From a virus (Duplodnaviria > Caudoviricetes): a stretch of DNA of 28,954 nt. This document shows, piece by piece, positions 7,185-17,400 of the stretch (position 1 is the stretch's first letter; each line of letters starts with the position of its first letter). Position numbers and translations under genes: made by a program. Where the stretch lies: IMG/VR virus record IMGVR_UViG_3300021142_000137, positions 1-28,954 of that record, one strand, 5' to 3'. The notes beneath the pieces are model-generated. The model did no database searches, was not told the origin of the DNA, and saw only the letters and a program-made list of their open reading frames with translations.

Positions 7185-8897
7185 GTGAGCGGTATGGATT
7201 TCTCTCCACCGAGTTATCGTGCAGCCTCCTCTGATTTAACCATCTCCATCTCTCCGCTTGGGTTAGTAGAACTAGCGGATGAAGAGTTTGAAGTACACGG
7301 CCCACGCCTAAATCGCTACTCACTTAACTGGGCTATGTATCTTGGTCACCACTGGTCTTATCGCCGTCAGACAGGTGAGACACAGATGGTTCTTAACTAC
7401 TATCGCGCATTCAGCGACTTCATCATTAACTTTACCTTTGGTAAGGGTGTTAATTTCCGCAGCCCTAAAGAGACCGAAGCAATCGTTCCAGACCTACTAG
7501 AGCGCGTCTGGGAAGTAGATAACAACAAGGCCACAGTCCTTTGGGAAATTGGTCAGCAAGGTACGGTGTCAGGTGACTGCTTTATTAAAGTGGCTTATGA
7601 AGAGCCTTATGTGGATCCTGCTGGCCGTAAGCACCCTGGTCGTGTACGAATTTTGCCTCTTAACTCTAGTTTCGCTTTCCCCGAGTTCCATCCACACGAC
7701 CGCGAACGCCTTGTCCGTTTTAAGCTTAAGTACCGTTTTTGGGGTACTAGCTTGGAAGGTACGCGCCAAGTATTCACGTACACAGAAATCCTCACAGATG
7801 ACATCATCGAGGAATATATCAATGACGAACTCATTGACTCGCGCCCTAACCCGCTTGGCACAATTCCAGTTATTCATATCCCGAATGTTCGTATTAGTGG
7901 TAGTCCTTGGGGCCTTTCTGATTGCAATGACATTATCAATATTAATCGTGCTTACAATGAAACTGCTACTGATATTGCAGACATTGTTAATTATCACGCT
8001 GCGCCGGTTACGGTCATTATTGGCGCCAAAGCTTCTCAGCTTGAGAAAGGCGCTAACAAAGTATGGGGAGGCCTTCCAAAGGACGCACGAGTAGAAAACT
8101 TAGAAGGTGGCGCACAGGGTCTAAAGGGCGCTATGGACTTCCTAGCAATGATGAAGAAGTCTATGCACGAAATGATTGGTGTTCCTGAGACCGCTCTTGG
8201 TCAAGCTCAGCCTATCTCTAACACCTCTGGCGTTGCTCTTTCTATTCAGTTTCAGCCATTGATGAACCGTTATCACCAGAAGATCGTCCAGTATGCACAC
8301 GGTCTTGAGCGCGTAAATGAGCTTATCCTTCTTAACCTTGCCCTTAAAGAGCCAGAGACCTTTACTTGGGATCCTAACTCAAGCACTGTTCCGCTAAAGC
8401 AGGGTCAGGTCGCCAAGCTAGATGTAAATGACCCTATTACTTTCCGATCCTACGTGCACTTCCCACAACCATTGCCTCTTGACAAGCTAATTGCTATCAA
8501 TGAAGTTCAGTCAATGCTATCTCTTGGTCTTGAGTCTAAGGAAGGCGCATTGCGCATCCTGGGCGAAGAGTTCCCTATTGAGAAGCTTTCAGAGATCCGT
8601 CAAGAGCTTCAAGACGAGGCTATGGCAGATGGAGCACTCAAGCTTATCCAGACACAGATTGAGCAGGACATCATGGCCCTTACAGGGTCAATGCCAGCAC
8701 AAACAGGCCCTGGTGGTTCCTCTGCACCGGGCGCTCCAAGCGCAGAAGCACCTGCGGCCCCAACAGAGCCAGTATTACTAGATGATGCAACTATCGCCGC
8801 CCAAATGGGTGATGAGAAGGTACGCACTCGGCTAGTAACGGAAGCCTACGGTACTCAATTGCCACAGCGCAGAGTCCCAGACGGTTACCAAAAATAA
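7185..8897 (+). CDS. Portal protein (SPP1 gp6-like)
   Basis: 570 aa located between terminase and scaffold; GTVSGDCFIKV, NPLGTIPVIHIPN, WGLSD, SGVAL motifs typical of SPP1-type portals; SD GAGGTG. Confidence 0.9.
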   Translation: MSGMDFSPPSYRAASSDLTISISPLGLVELADEEFEVHGPRLNRYSLNWAMYLGHHWSYRRQTGETQMVLNYYRAFSDFIINFTFGKGVNFRSPKETEAIVPDLLERVWEVDNNKATVLWEIGQQGTVSGDCFIKVAYEEPYVDPAGRKHPGRVRILPLNSSFAFPEFHPHDRERLVRFKLKYRFWGTSLEGTRQVFTYTEILTDDIIEEYINDELIDSRPNPLGTIPVIHIPNVRISGSPWGLSDCNDIININRAYNETATDIADIVNYHAAPVTVIIGAKASQLEKGANKVWGGLPKDARVENLEGGAQGLKGAMDFLAMMKKSMHEMIGVPETALGQAQPISNTSGVALSIQFQPLMNRYHQKIVQYAHGLERVNELILLNLALKEPETFTWDPNSSTVPLKQGQVAKLDVNDPITFRSYVHFPQPLPLDKLIAINEVQSMLSLGLESKEGALRILGEEFPIEKLSEIRQELQDEAMADGALKLIQTQIEQDIMALTGSMPAQTGPGGSSAPGAPSAEAPAAPTEPVLLDDATIAAQMGDEKVRTRLVTEAYGTQLPQRRVPDGYQK

Positions 8898-9012
8898 AGT
8901 GATTTATACAGACAATTAAGACATCTATTGTCAAAATAAATACTGTAATACCACGTTAGGTCATTTGTGCCCCCACATCGGAGAACGACCCCTAGGATAA
9001 AAGGATAAACGC

Positions 9013-9795
9013 ATGTCAGAAACTGCAGAACAAATGGCTACTGCTTTTGAAGCAGAAGCAAATACCGCTCCAGTAGTAAATGTGTCGGGCGTTGACGCGC
9101 CTACTGTTACCTCTGGAAAGACCGAACCTACTCAGAAGTTTTATACCGAAGAGGATCTTGCAAAGGTTCGTTCACAAGAAAAAGAGAAGCTTTACCCAGA
9201 GATCGATCGATTGAAGGAAGAAGTTTCACTTCTCAAGAAGGAGCGGGAAGAAAAAGCAGCTCGCAAAGCAGCAGAGGCGGAAGCCAAAGCAGCTGAAGAA
9301 AAGGCTAAGCTTGAAGAGAACTTGGACGCCAAGGACTTTGCAAAAGCTACAGCTGATGAGTTGCGAGAGCAGTTGGCACGTGAGCGTCAAGAACGCGAAG
9401 CGGCCTTCGCTCTTCTGGAGCAGGAAAGAAAGTTTGCAGAACTGCAAGCATACCGTCAACAAGCTGTTGAACAGAACCGCGACAATATCATCCCTCAACT
9501 CATTGATTACGTCCAGGGCAATACCTTGGAAGAGATCAACGAGAGCATTGCAGGATTGGTTGAGCGATCTAACAGTATTCTCGAATCTGCACAGTCTGCT
9601 ATTCAGCAGCAGCGCAGAGATATGCCGGGCGTAAGGGCGACCTTGCCAGGCGTTGGACCACTGGAAACTAATTCGGAACCACGTCAGTTTACTGCCGCAG
9701 ATATTGCGTCAATGCCGATGAATGAATACGCAAAAGTCCGCACTCAGATCTTGAGCAACCGTGCTCTTGGTAAGACCAGCGGAATATTGGGCTAA
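9013..9795 (+). CDS. Capsid scaffolding protein
   Basis: Glu/Lys/Ala-rich coiled coil directly upstream of the capsid gene; C-terminal DIASMPMNEYAKVR motif typical of scaffolds. Confidence 0.85.
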   Translation: MSETAEQMATAFEAEANTAPVVNVSGVDAPTVTSGKTEPTQKFYTEEDLAKVRSQEKEKLYPEIDRLKEEVSLLKKEREEKAARKAAEAEAKAAEEKAKLEENLDAKDFAKATADELREQLARERQEREAAFALLEQERKFAELQAYRQQAVEQNRDNIIPQLIDYVQGNTLEEINESIAGLVERSNSILESAQSAIQQQRRDMPGVRATLPGVGPLETNSEPRQFTAADIASMPMNEYAKVRTQILSNRALGKTSGILG

Positions 9796-9837
9796 CACTT
9801 AATCTATTAAAAACTACTATCAAGGAGTCAAAGCCAA

Positions 9838-10911
9838 ATGGCATCAGGTATCACAGGTACAGGCAATCTTGCCGCAGCCCCTACAGCGTACTCAGGTACC
9901 AACACCCAGCTCACTCAGGCGATTCAGACTATCTGGTCCAAGGAAATCTTGTTCCAGGCTATGCCTATCCTTCGCTTCGAGCAGTTTGCAGTCAAGAAGA
10001 CTGAACTCGGTGTTGCACCTGGTCTACAGATCAACTTCATGCGTTACAACAACCTCGGATTCGCTTCACCTCTTGTTGAAGGTGTCCGTATGCAGACTAA
10101 CGCTCTCACAGCACAGCAGTTCTCAATCACTGTAACTGAGCATGGTTATGCTCTTGCAGTATCTGAGCTCTTGCTCAACGCTTCATTCGATGACGTAATG
10201 GCTTCAGCCTCACGTCTTCTCGGTCGTAACATGGCTATCTACCTAGATCAGCTCTCACGCGACACACTCTACGCAGCTTCTTCAACCCTTTACGGTGAAG
10301 ATCGCTCATCAGTCTCATCAGCTGTTAACAACTGGTACGGTTATGGAACCTTTGCTGCAAATCGCGCAGCAATGACAGGTGCTGCTTACCTCACACCACA
10401 CGTTATCAAGGACACAGTTGAGACCTTGGCAACAAAGAACATCCCACGGTTGGGCGAGACCTATGTCTGCTTCGTTCACCCACACCAGAGCCGTACTCTT
10501 CGTGACAACCCTGAGTTCATCGAAGTCACTAAGTACGCAGCTCCAGGTAACTTCATGCTCGGTGAAATCGGTCGTCTCTACGACGTAGTATTCATCGAAA
10601 CCACCCAGGTCCTTAAGGTTGTTGGTGGCGCAGGTTCTTCATACACAACTGATACAGCTGTTGCTAATCCAGTAGTTGTACCTGGTGGAGGCTACACAAC
10701 CCCTGCTACCCTCACAGGTAACGGTGCTTCAGATCGCTATGCAGCTATCATGATCGGTGATAACGCATTCGGTCACGCTATCTCACTCCCAGTCGAACTC
10801 CGCGATGGCGGTATTCTTGACTTCGGTCGTGAGCACGCGCTTGCTTGGTACTCAATCTTCGGTTTGGGATTGATTACTGATCAGAGCGTAGTAATTGTGG
10901 AGACTAACTAG
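9838..10911 (+). CDS. Major capsid protein (N4-gp56-like, HK97 fold)
   Basis: 357 aa; strong codon bias; LRFEQFA, LVEGV, TEHG, YVCFVHPHQ, GEIGRLYDVVFIET, DFGREHALAWY; SD AAGGAG. Confidence 0.93.
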   Translation: MASGITGTGNLAAAPTAYSGTNTQLTQAIQTIWSKEILFQAMPILRFEQFAVKKTELGVAPGLQINFMRYNNLGFASPLVEGVRMQTNALTAQQFSITVTEHGYALAVSELLLNASFDDVMASASRLLGRNMAIYLDQLSRDTLYAASSTLYGEDRSSVSSAVNNWYGYGTFAANRAAMTGAAYLTPHVIKDTVETLATKNIPRLGETYVCFVHPHQSRTLRDNPEFIEVTKYAAPGNFMLGEIGRLYDVVFIETTQVLKVVGGAGSSYTTDTAVANPVVVPGGGYTTPATLTGNGASDRYAAIMIGDNAFGHAISLPVELRDGGILDFGREHALAWYSIFGLGLITDQSVVIVETN

Positions 10912-10920
10912 CCTAAACAG

Positions 10921-10966
10921 TGGTAAGATTCTCCTAGTAGGTAACTAGCCTGCTAGGAGGTCTTAC
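10921..10966 (+). promoter_or_regulatory. RBS-sequestering hairpin with overlapping extended -10 promoter
   Basis: GTAAGATTCTCCTAGTAGG / CCTGCTAGGAGGTCTTAC stem covers SD AGGAGG (10955-10960); TGGTAAGAT at 10921-10929. Confidence 0.75.
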
Positions 10967-10970
10967 AGTT

Positions 10971-11555
10971 ATGGCAGTACAGCACGTAAAAACAGAGTGC
11001 CCGCAAGGGCACTCTTATACAGAACAAAATTCATACATAGATAAAAACGGATACCGCCACTGCAGAGGTTGTCGTAAAGAAACGATGAGAAACCGCAGAA
11101 AAGGTAATCTTAGAGTTGGTCGAGGAGTCAATAACTCCTCTAAAACTGAGTGCCCCAAAGGCCACCCCTATGATGAAGAAAATACAATTACATATGTAAA
11201 GCCTAATGGTAAATCAAGAAGATGTTGCAGAGAGTGCGCCAGAGTTAATATGGTTACCCAAAACGTGAAGCGTTATGGCATAACTAAACAGGACTTTGAA
11301 TCATTAATAGAAGCACAGGACTCTAGATGCGCCATATGCAAGGGTAAGTTCTGGGATGAGGTCTCCTCGCCCCACATTGACCACGACCACACATGCTGTA
11401 ATAAGCAGATGAGTTCTTGCGGTAAATGTATAAGAGGGCTACTTTGCAGAGGCTGTAATCAACTCCTTGGCGTTGCTAAGGATGATATCGGGACCCTAAA
11501 GGCCGCGATAAAGTATTTACAGTCAGGAAATCTGACTTTTTCATTGAGATACTAA
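10971..11555 (+). CDS. Free-standing homing endonuclease: two Zn-finger repeats + endonuclease VII-type HNH domain
   Basis: KTECPQGHSY..N..CRGC and KTECPKGHPY..N..CREC repeats; RYGIT..Q..RCAIC..HIDHDH..IRGLLCRGCNQLLG; codon usage differs from the flanking head genes. Confidence 0.9.
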   Translation: MAVQHVKTECPQGHSYTEQNSYIDKNGYRHCRGCRKETMRNRRKGNLRVGRGVNNSSKTECPKGHPYDEENTITYVKPNGKSRRCCRECARVNMVTQNVKRYGITKQDFESLIEAQDSRCAICKGKFWDEVSSPHIDHDHTCCNKQMSSCGKCIRGLLCRGCNQLLGVAKDDIGTLKAAIKYLQSGNLTFSLRY

Positions 11556-11568
11556 TTAGGAGAATATA

Positions 11569-11934
11569 ATGGCTAAATCAAAGCCCACTGATGTAACCGG
11601 TCGTGTACGTGAGCAGCTTGCAGAACAAGCAGCCGCTGATATGAACGACCGCGCAGCTGAAATGTCTATGGCAACAGCTCAAGCCCAGGTTAAACTAGAG
11701 ACCGAAGTTATTGACGCTACTAAGCCTTCCCGTCAAACCGTTATTGTTGATGACCCTGTGACTATTGGAAGCACAGACGATTCATCTGTTGAGATTCGTG
11801 TTGTTCAAGACCTCGAGAACATGACTCTAGGTAAGGGTAATAACTACAGCTTCAAGGCTGGAGTTAAGTACAAGGTTACAAAGCAAGTAGCGCAGCACCT
11901 TAAGGAAAAAGGTTATCTGGCCGGCGTTATCTAA
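11569..11934 (+). CDS. Hypothetical head-region protein
   Basis: SD AGGAG; C-terminal YSFKAGVKYKVTKQVAQHLKEKGY; position after the capsid gene; followed by a terminator. Confidence 0.75.
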   Translation: MAKSKPTDVTGRVREQLAEQAAADMNDRAAEMSMATAQAQVKLETEVIDATKPSRQTVIVDDPVTIGSTDDSSVEIRVVQDLENMTLGKGNNYSFKAGVKYKVTKQVAQHLKEKGYLAGVI

Positions 11935-11951
11935 GGCATACTTAGCGAAGT

Positions 11952-11979
11952 GGGCGCCTCTTTTTTGAGGCGCTCTTTT
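11952..11979 (+). terminator. Intrinsic terminator ending the head operon
   Basis: GGGCGCCTC-TTTTTT-GAGGCGCTC-TTTT. Confidence 0.8.
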
Positions 11980-12040
11980 CGTATGTAGAGATTTTTTATC
12001 GGTTCTACGACATCATTGGTTATAACGAGTGTAGGGAGTT

Positions 12041-13129
12041 TTGGTGGCTTTATTATCTGACATACTCTCTAGGGTCCGTTTAGACCTCGGAGATATTCAA
12101 AAGAACTTCACCTTCACAGCCACAGGCGATGGCGTAACAACAATCTTTTCTACTGGCATTAAGCCTATTGAGATTGTAAACCTTACGGTTACTGAGAATG
12201 GTAACCCTATTGGCTACCCATACGGGTACACAGTTGAGCAAGATACGGGCATTATCACCTTTGCCAACGCCCCTGCAGCAAACGCCACCATCCTTATTCA
12301 AGGCGTTCAAGATCGCTACTTCTTAGACTCAGAGCTCTGCGTCTTTATTAATGACGCTGTAACAGAGCACACATACAACCGCGTTGATGCCTACGGTACT
12401 CAAGTTACCCTTGCTAGCATCTCCCCAGTTGAGACTTACCCAATCGCTATCTTGGCAACCATTGAGGCGCTCTGGGCACTTGCTACAGACGCAGCCTTTG
12501 ATATCAACATCACCGCCCCTGATGGAGTTATGATCCCAAGAGCTCAGCGTTATCAACAGCTCTCAACTATTATCCAGCAGCGTTGGGAACAATATAAAGC
12601 CCTATGCTCACAACTCAATGTTGGCCTATGGAAGATTGAGATGGGCACGCTCATCCGCACATCTCGTACGACTAACAAGTACGTTCCAATCTACATCGGT
12701 CAAGAGGTAGATGACGCCCGTAAACCTGAGCGCGTCTACATTACTAACAACCTTACTGGCCGCAGCCCTATGCCAACCAACGCACAGAACTACGATATTA
12801 TTCTTTACCAGGGCAATAACTTTTCTGTTGAGTTTGACTTTCCATTTGACGCCTCGCTTTATGCTTGGGCTGCTCAGATCAGAACCTACCCTAACTCCCC
12901 ATCTTTATACGCAAACTTTGGTATAACAGTAACCTCTCATTCGTCAACGCTTAGCAAGGTAGTCCTTACATTACAACCTAAGGACACAGAGTATCTGCCA
13001 ACTCGCGCTTTCTGGGATCTAACAGCTACATTAAAGACAGACGATACTCAGGTTACAACTTACGTCAAAGGACAAGTATTTACGACTCAGGCTGTAAGCC
13101 TTGACGTCGGCACCTACGGAAGTTGGTAG
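12041..13129 (+). CDS. Head-tail adaptor/neck protein with an inserted beta domain and a C-terminal BppU-like Ig domain
   Basis: LLSDILSRVRLDLGD...YFLDSELCVFINDAV helical adaptor pattern; C-terminal YDIILYQGNNF..AQIR..VVLTL..WDL..TYVKGQV. Start may be TTG 12041 or GTG 12044. Confidence 0.65.
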   Translation: MVALLSDILSRVRLDLGDIQKNFTFTATGDGVTTIFSTGIKPIEIVNLTVTENGNPIGYPYGYTVEQDTGIITFANAPAANATILIQGVQDRYFLDSELCVFINDAVTEHTYNRVDAYGTQVTLASISPVETYPIAILATIEALWALATDAAFDINITAPDGVMIPRAQRYQQLSTIIQQRWEQYKALCSQLNVGLWKIEMGTLIRTSRTTNKYVPIYIGQEVDDARKPERVYITNNLTGRSPMPTNAQNYDIILYQGNNFSVEFDFPFDASLYAWAAQIRTYPNSPSLYANFGITVTSHSSTLSKVVLTLQPKDTEYLPTRAFWDLTATLKTDDTQVTTYVKGQVFTTQAVSLDVGTYGSW

Positions 13130-13132
13130 GAC

Positions 13133-14404
13133 TTGAATACTTGTAATACTTGCGGTAACTGGCCGTGTACTTGCCCAATTATAGTGGTGCCTCAACCACC
13201 AGTAGCTATTACAGTTGTTCCACAAAATCCTGGTCAAGGCGTACAAGGTATTCAAGGTATTCAAGGACCCGCTGGTTCTGGTAGCGGTGGTTCACAGGGA
13301 ACAGGTGCGCAAGGCGTACAAGGTATTCAAGGCGTACAGGGCGCTTATGGTTTACAAGGACACGTTGGGCAGATCGGTGTTCAAGGTTTTACAGGTGCAC
13401 AAGGCCCTCTTGGTGTTCAAGGATCTTCTGGTTACATTGGTGCAGATGGTCATCAAGGTACACAAGGCGTTCAAGGTCTTGCTGGTCAGTTTGCTGGTCA
13501 AGGTGTGCAAGGTCTACAGGGACAAACTGGTTTACAGGGAGCAACTGGTCTACAAGGTAGCGTAGGCTTACAAGGCTCAGTTGGTTTACAAGGAACAATT
13601 GGCGCTCAAGGTACACAGGGCGTACAAGGTAATTATGGTAATCAAGGAACTACTGGTTCTCAAGGTTCTATTGGCGCACAAGGTGTTCAAGGTTTGCAAG
13701 GCCCTCAAGGAGTTCAAGGACTTCAAGGTATACAAGGTGTTCAAGGACACTACGGTAATCAAGGTACGACTGGTGCGCAGGGTATTCAAGGCACTCAGGG
13801 TTTGCAAGGAGTGCAGGGCTCTGTTGGCGCACAAGGCGCTCAGGGTATTCAAGGGCTTCAAGGTCTTATTGGTCTACAAGGCGTAAATGGTATTCAAGGA
13901 TTTATTGGCTTTCAAGGATCAACTGGCTCTCAAGGTCTACAAGGACTTATAGGTCTTCAGGGCTTTAGTGGTATTCAAGGCCTTACCGGTTTTCAAGGTG
14001 CAACTGGCGCTGGTGCGCAAGGTACAACTGGTACTCAAGGTGTTCAGGGTATCCAAGGATTTGGTTATGCCCAGCTACAAGGTGTCCAAGGAACTACTGG
14101 TAGTCAGGGAATTATCTCTGGATCTTCGGCTCCTGCCAACACTGGAGTCCTATGGTTAGACACCTCTGTAGGCGGAATTGTTGGTACCCAAAAGGTTACC
14201 TTCTTAATCGGTGATGGAACCAACACTACTTACACAGTCACACACAATTTGGGCACTAGAGATATTGAAGTTACTGTCTACGATCAGACCACCTACGCGG
14301 TAATTATCCCGTCATCTTTGGTCTACTCAACCATAAATACCGCAACACTAACTTTTGCCTCCCCACCCGCCTTAAATAACTACAAAGTAGTGGTCCTGGG
14401 ATAA
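13133..14404 (+). CDS. Collagen-like (Gly-X-Gln) fibre protein 1
   Basis: Cys-rich N-terminus, long GxQ tract, APANTGVLWLDTS motif, C-terminal GDG..TYTVTHNLGTRD.V.VYD domain. TTG start is uncertain. Confidence 0.85.
   Translation: MNTCNTCGNWPCTCPIIVVPQPPVAITVVPQNPGQGVQGIQGIQGPAGSGSGGSQGTGAQGVQGIQGVQGAYGLQGHVGQIGVQGFTGAQGPLGVQGSSGYIGADGHQGTQGVQGLAGQFAGQGVQGLQGQTGLQGATGLQGSVGLQGSVGLQGTIGAQGTQGVQGNYGNQGTTGSQGSIGAQGVQGLQGPQGVQGLQGIQGVQGHYGNQGTTGAQGIQGTQGLQGVQGSVGAQGAQGIQGLQGLIGLQGVNGIQGFIGFQGSTGSQGLQGLIGLQGFSGIQGLTGFQGATGAGAQGTTGTQGVQGIQGFGYAQLQGVQGTTGSQGIISGSSAPANTGVLWLDTSVGGIVGTQKVTFLIGDGTNTTYTVTHNLGTRDIEVTVYDQTTYAVIIPSSLVYSTINTATLTFASPPALNNYKVVVLG
13235..14110 (+). repeat. 9-nt-periodic GGN-NNN-CAR coding repeat
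   Basis: Recurrent CAAGG/CAGGG every 9 or 18 nt; boundaries approximate. Confidence 0.9.
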
Positions 14405-14477
14405 TGATGACGGAATTTAACCCCACAGAAATAGATTTAAGACTTAACATTAATGCTGTAGCCAACCTAGGAGAGCC

Positions 14478-17400
14478 ATGTCCCAATTAAAGTATTATGA
14501 CACCGGATCCGGTCAATGGATTGCGGCCATTGTTGGCGCACAAGGCGCTCAAGGAACAACTGGTATTCAAGGCACCCAAGGCGTACAAGGTACGCAGGGT
14601 ATTCAAGGAACGCAGGGCGTGCAGGGTACAACTGGTATCCAGGGTACGCAGGGTACACAAGGTATTCAGGGAGTTCAGGGAACTCAAGGCTTACAGGGAA
14701 CACAAGGTACTCAGGGTGTACAAGGTACACAGGGTATTCAAGGAATTCAGGGACCACAGGGTACACAAGGAACACAAGGTGTTCAGGGTACGCAGGGTAT
14801 TCAAGGCATTCAAGGTGTGCAAGGCACACAAGGTACGCAAGGCACACAAGGCGTACAGGGAACACAAGGCATTCAAGGTGTCCAAGGTAATCAAGGTACT
14901 CAAGGAATCCAAGGCGTTCAGGGAACGCAAGGTATCCAAGGAACTATTGGTCAGACTGGTTCGCAGGGTACACAGGGAATTCAAGGACTTCAGGGAGTTC
15001 AAGGTACACAAGGTGTACAAGGTACAACTGGCCTACAAGGAACTCAAGGCACGCAGGGTGTTCAAGGAACACAAGGTGTGCAGGGTACAACTGGTATTCA
15101 AGGTACGCAGGGAACACAAGGAGTTCAAGGAACTCAGGGTGTTCAAGGCACAACCGGTATTCAGGGAACACAAGGCACACAAGGAGTTCAGGGAACTCAA
15201 GGTGTGCAGGGCACACAGGGAATTCAAGGAATTCAAGGTATCCAAGGCCTACAGGGTCTACAGGGTGCTGCTGGCTCACAGAACGCACACGCATCTGTTT
15301 ACACTACAACAACAACCGCACTTGCTGGTTCACCTTCATACACTGCAGGAACAGCAGATGCCTCTAACGGTCTTGGTGTAGGCGCTTACCTTCAAGCAAC
15401 AACTAACGGTTATTTGGTAGTTGACGGTTACACATACTCTGGACCACTACCAGCAGATACTCGCATACTTGTTAAGAACCAGGCCGATGCTCGTCAAAAC
15501 GGTATCTATACAGTTACAAGTGCAGGCTCTGCATCTACTACCTGGAAACTTACTCGCGCGACTGACTATGACAACCATCTTGCAGATCAGGTAGAGCCTG
15601 GCGACTATTTATACACAGTTGCTGGTTCAACTAACGTTGGTACCTCATGGATCCAATATGATCTTGGCTCTAACACTAACGGCACCATTAAAATCGGTAC
15701 CGATAACATCAACTTCTCTCAGACCTCTGCTGTTGGTAACCAGGGTACAACTGGTGCCCAAGGTACTCAGGGTGTTCAGGGAACACAGGGTCTACAGGGC
15801 ACACAGGGTATTCAGGGCACCCAAGGCATCCAGGGTATTCAAGGAGTACAAGGACCTCAGGGAACCCAAGGAGTTCAAGGAACTCAGGGAACCCAGGGAC
15901 TACAGGGTATCCAGGGACCACAAGGAACTCAGGGTACGCAGGGCGTACAGGGAACCACTGGTATCCAAGGAACTCAAGGCACCCAGGGAGTACAAGGTAC
16001 TCAGGGAACGCAAGGAATTCAGGGTACTCAAGGTATCCAAGGAATCCAGGGACGTTCTTACACTGGCGTAACCTCAACTACCTCTAACACAATTGGTACT
16101 GGTTCACTAACCTTTGCCGTAGCAAACTCTGGCGCATTTGCGCTCGGTCAGTTTGTAACAGTTGCGTACACAGTAACGCCTGCTAACTATGTATCTGGTC
16201 AGATCACATCGATCACAACAGATACCAGCATTACTATCAATGCAACAAGCACTGGCGGTTCTGGAACATTCTCACAGTGGACAATCTCTACTGCTGGTGT
16301 TCAGGGTACAACTGGTTCACAGGGAACCCAAGGCACTCAGGGAATCCAGGGTATTCAGGGCCTACAAGGACCTCAAGGAACTCAAGGAGTTCAGGGTACA
16401 CAAGGAACGCAGGGTACTCAGGGAGTTCAAGGAACTCAGGGTATTCAGGGAACCCAAGGTAACCAAGGAACCACCGGTACACAGGGTACGCAGGGAACTC
16501 AAGGCCTACAAGGTCTTCAGGGAACTCAGGGAACAACTGGTACCCAGGGTCTAACAGGTACCCAAGGTACACAGGGTATCCAAGGTCTCCAGGGACAATC
16601 TATCCAGGGTGTACAGGGTACGCAGGGTATTCAGGGTGGCGTAACAAACGCTCCAGTATTTACTACAACTGAATTCACCGCTACATCTGGTCAGACAACC
16701 TTCAGCGTTACATATAACCCAGGTTATATCAACGTCTTCCTCAATGGTGTCCGCCTAAGCTCAGCAGACTACACAGCAACTAACGGAACATCTGTTGTTC
16801 TGGCGGTTGGGGCAGTAGCCGGGGATATCGTTGTTGTTCAGAACATCACTCTCGGTCTTGGTGCTCAAGGTGTCCAAGGTCTACAGGGTGTGCAGGGCAC
16901 ACAAGGTCTACAGGGACTACAAGGTCTCCAAGGTCTACAGGGTCAGATCGGTGTACAGGGCCTTGCTGTAGGAAATACTGCTCCGGCAAACCAGGGCGTA
17001 CTATGGCTTGATACCTCAGTAACTGGCGTAGTCGGTCTCTCCTCTGCAAACTTCACTGCTAAGGGTGACACAATTGCGGGAACTGGCTCAGGAACCTTTG
17101 CTACTCTCCCAGTTGGTGCTAATAACACTATCCTCACAGCCGACTCAACACAAACAACAGGTGTTAAGTGGACAACAAACCTATCAGGTTTAAGCCTACA
17201 ATCACCAAACACCTACAACTCAGTAATTGTAGCGCCTTCAATTTCCTATAACATCAATGCTCAAACTGGTGCTTACACAACTGTTCTAGCGGATGCTGCG
17301 GCAATTATTACTGCAAGCTCTGGCTCAGCGTTTACGGTCTCGATCCCAACTAACGCATCAGTGGCCTATCCAGTAGGATCTTCAATCACGATTATACAAA

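Noticed and set aside
1766-9634. Nested or antisense short ORFs within lysin, terminase, portal and scaffold genes (e.g. 7549-8094, 7569-7997, 5350-5703)
   Set aside because: Fully overlap well-supported genes and have no recognisable motifs or RBS.
4692-10911. Intein or intron in terminase, portal or capsid genes
   Set aside because: Lengths are ordinary, motifs are contiguous, and no intein splice-junction or LAGLIDADG motifs were seen.
14534-16638. Possible CRISPR array or non-coding tandem repeat
   Set aside because: The repeats are degenerate at third codon positions, in frame within CDSs, and have no unique spacers.
13215-17049. Many alternative-frame and antisense ORFs over the collagen genes (e.g. 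14497-15381, 14516-14890, 14467-14865)
   Set aside because: Shadows of the 9-nt GxQ periodicity, which seldom generates stops in other frames; no RBS and only low-complexity products.
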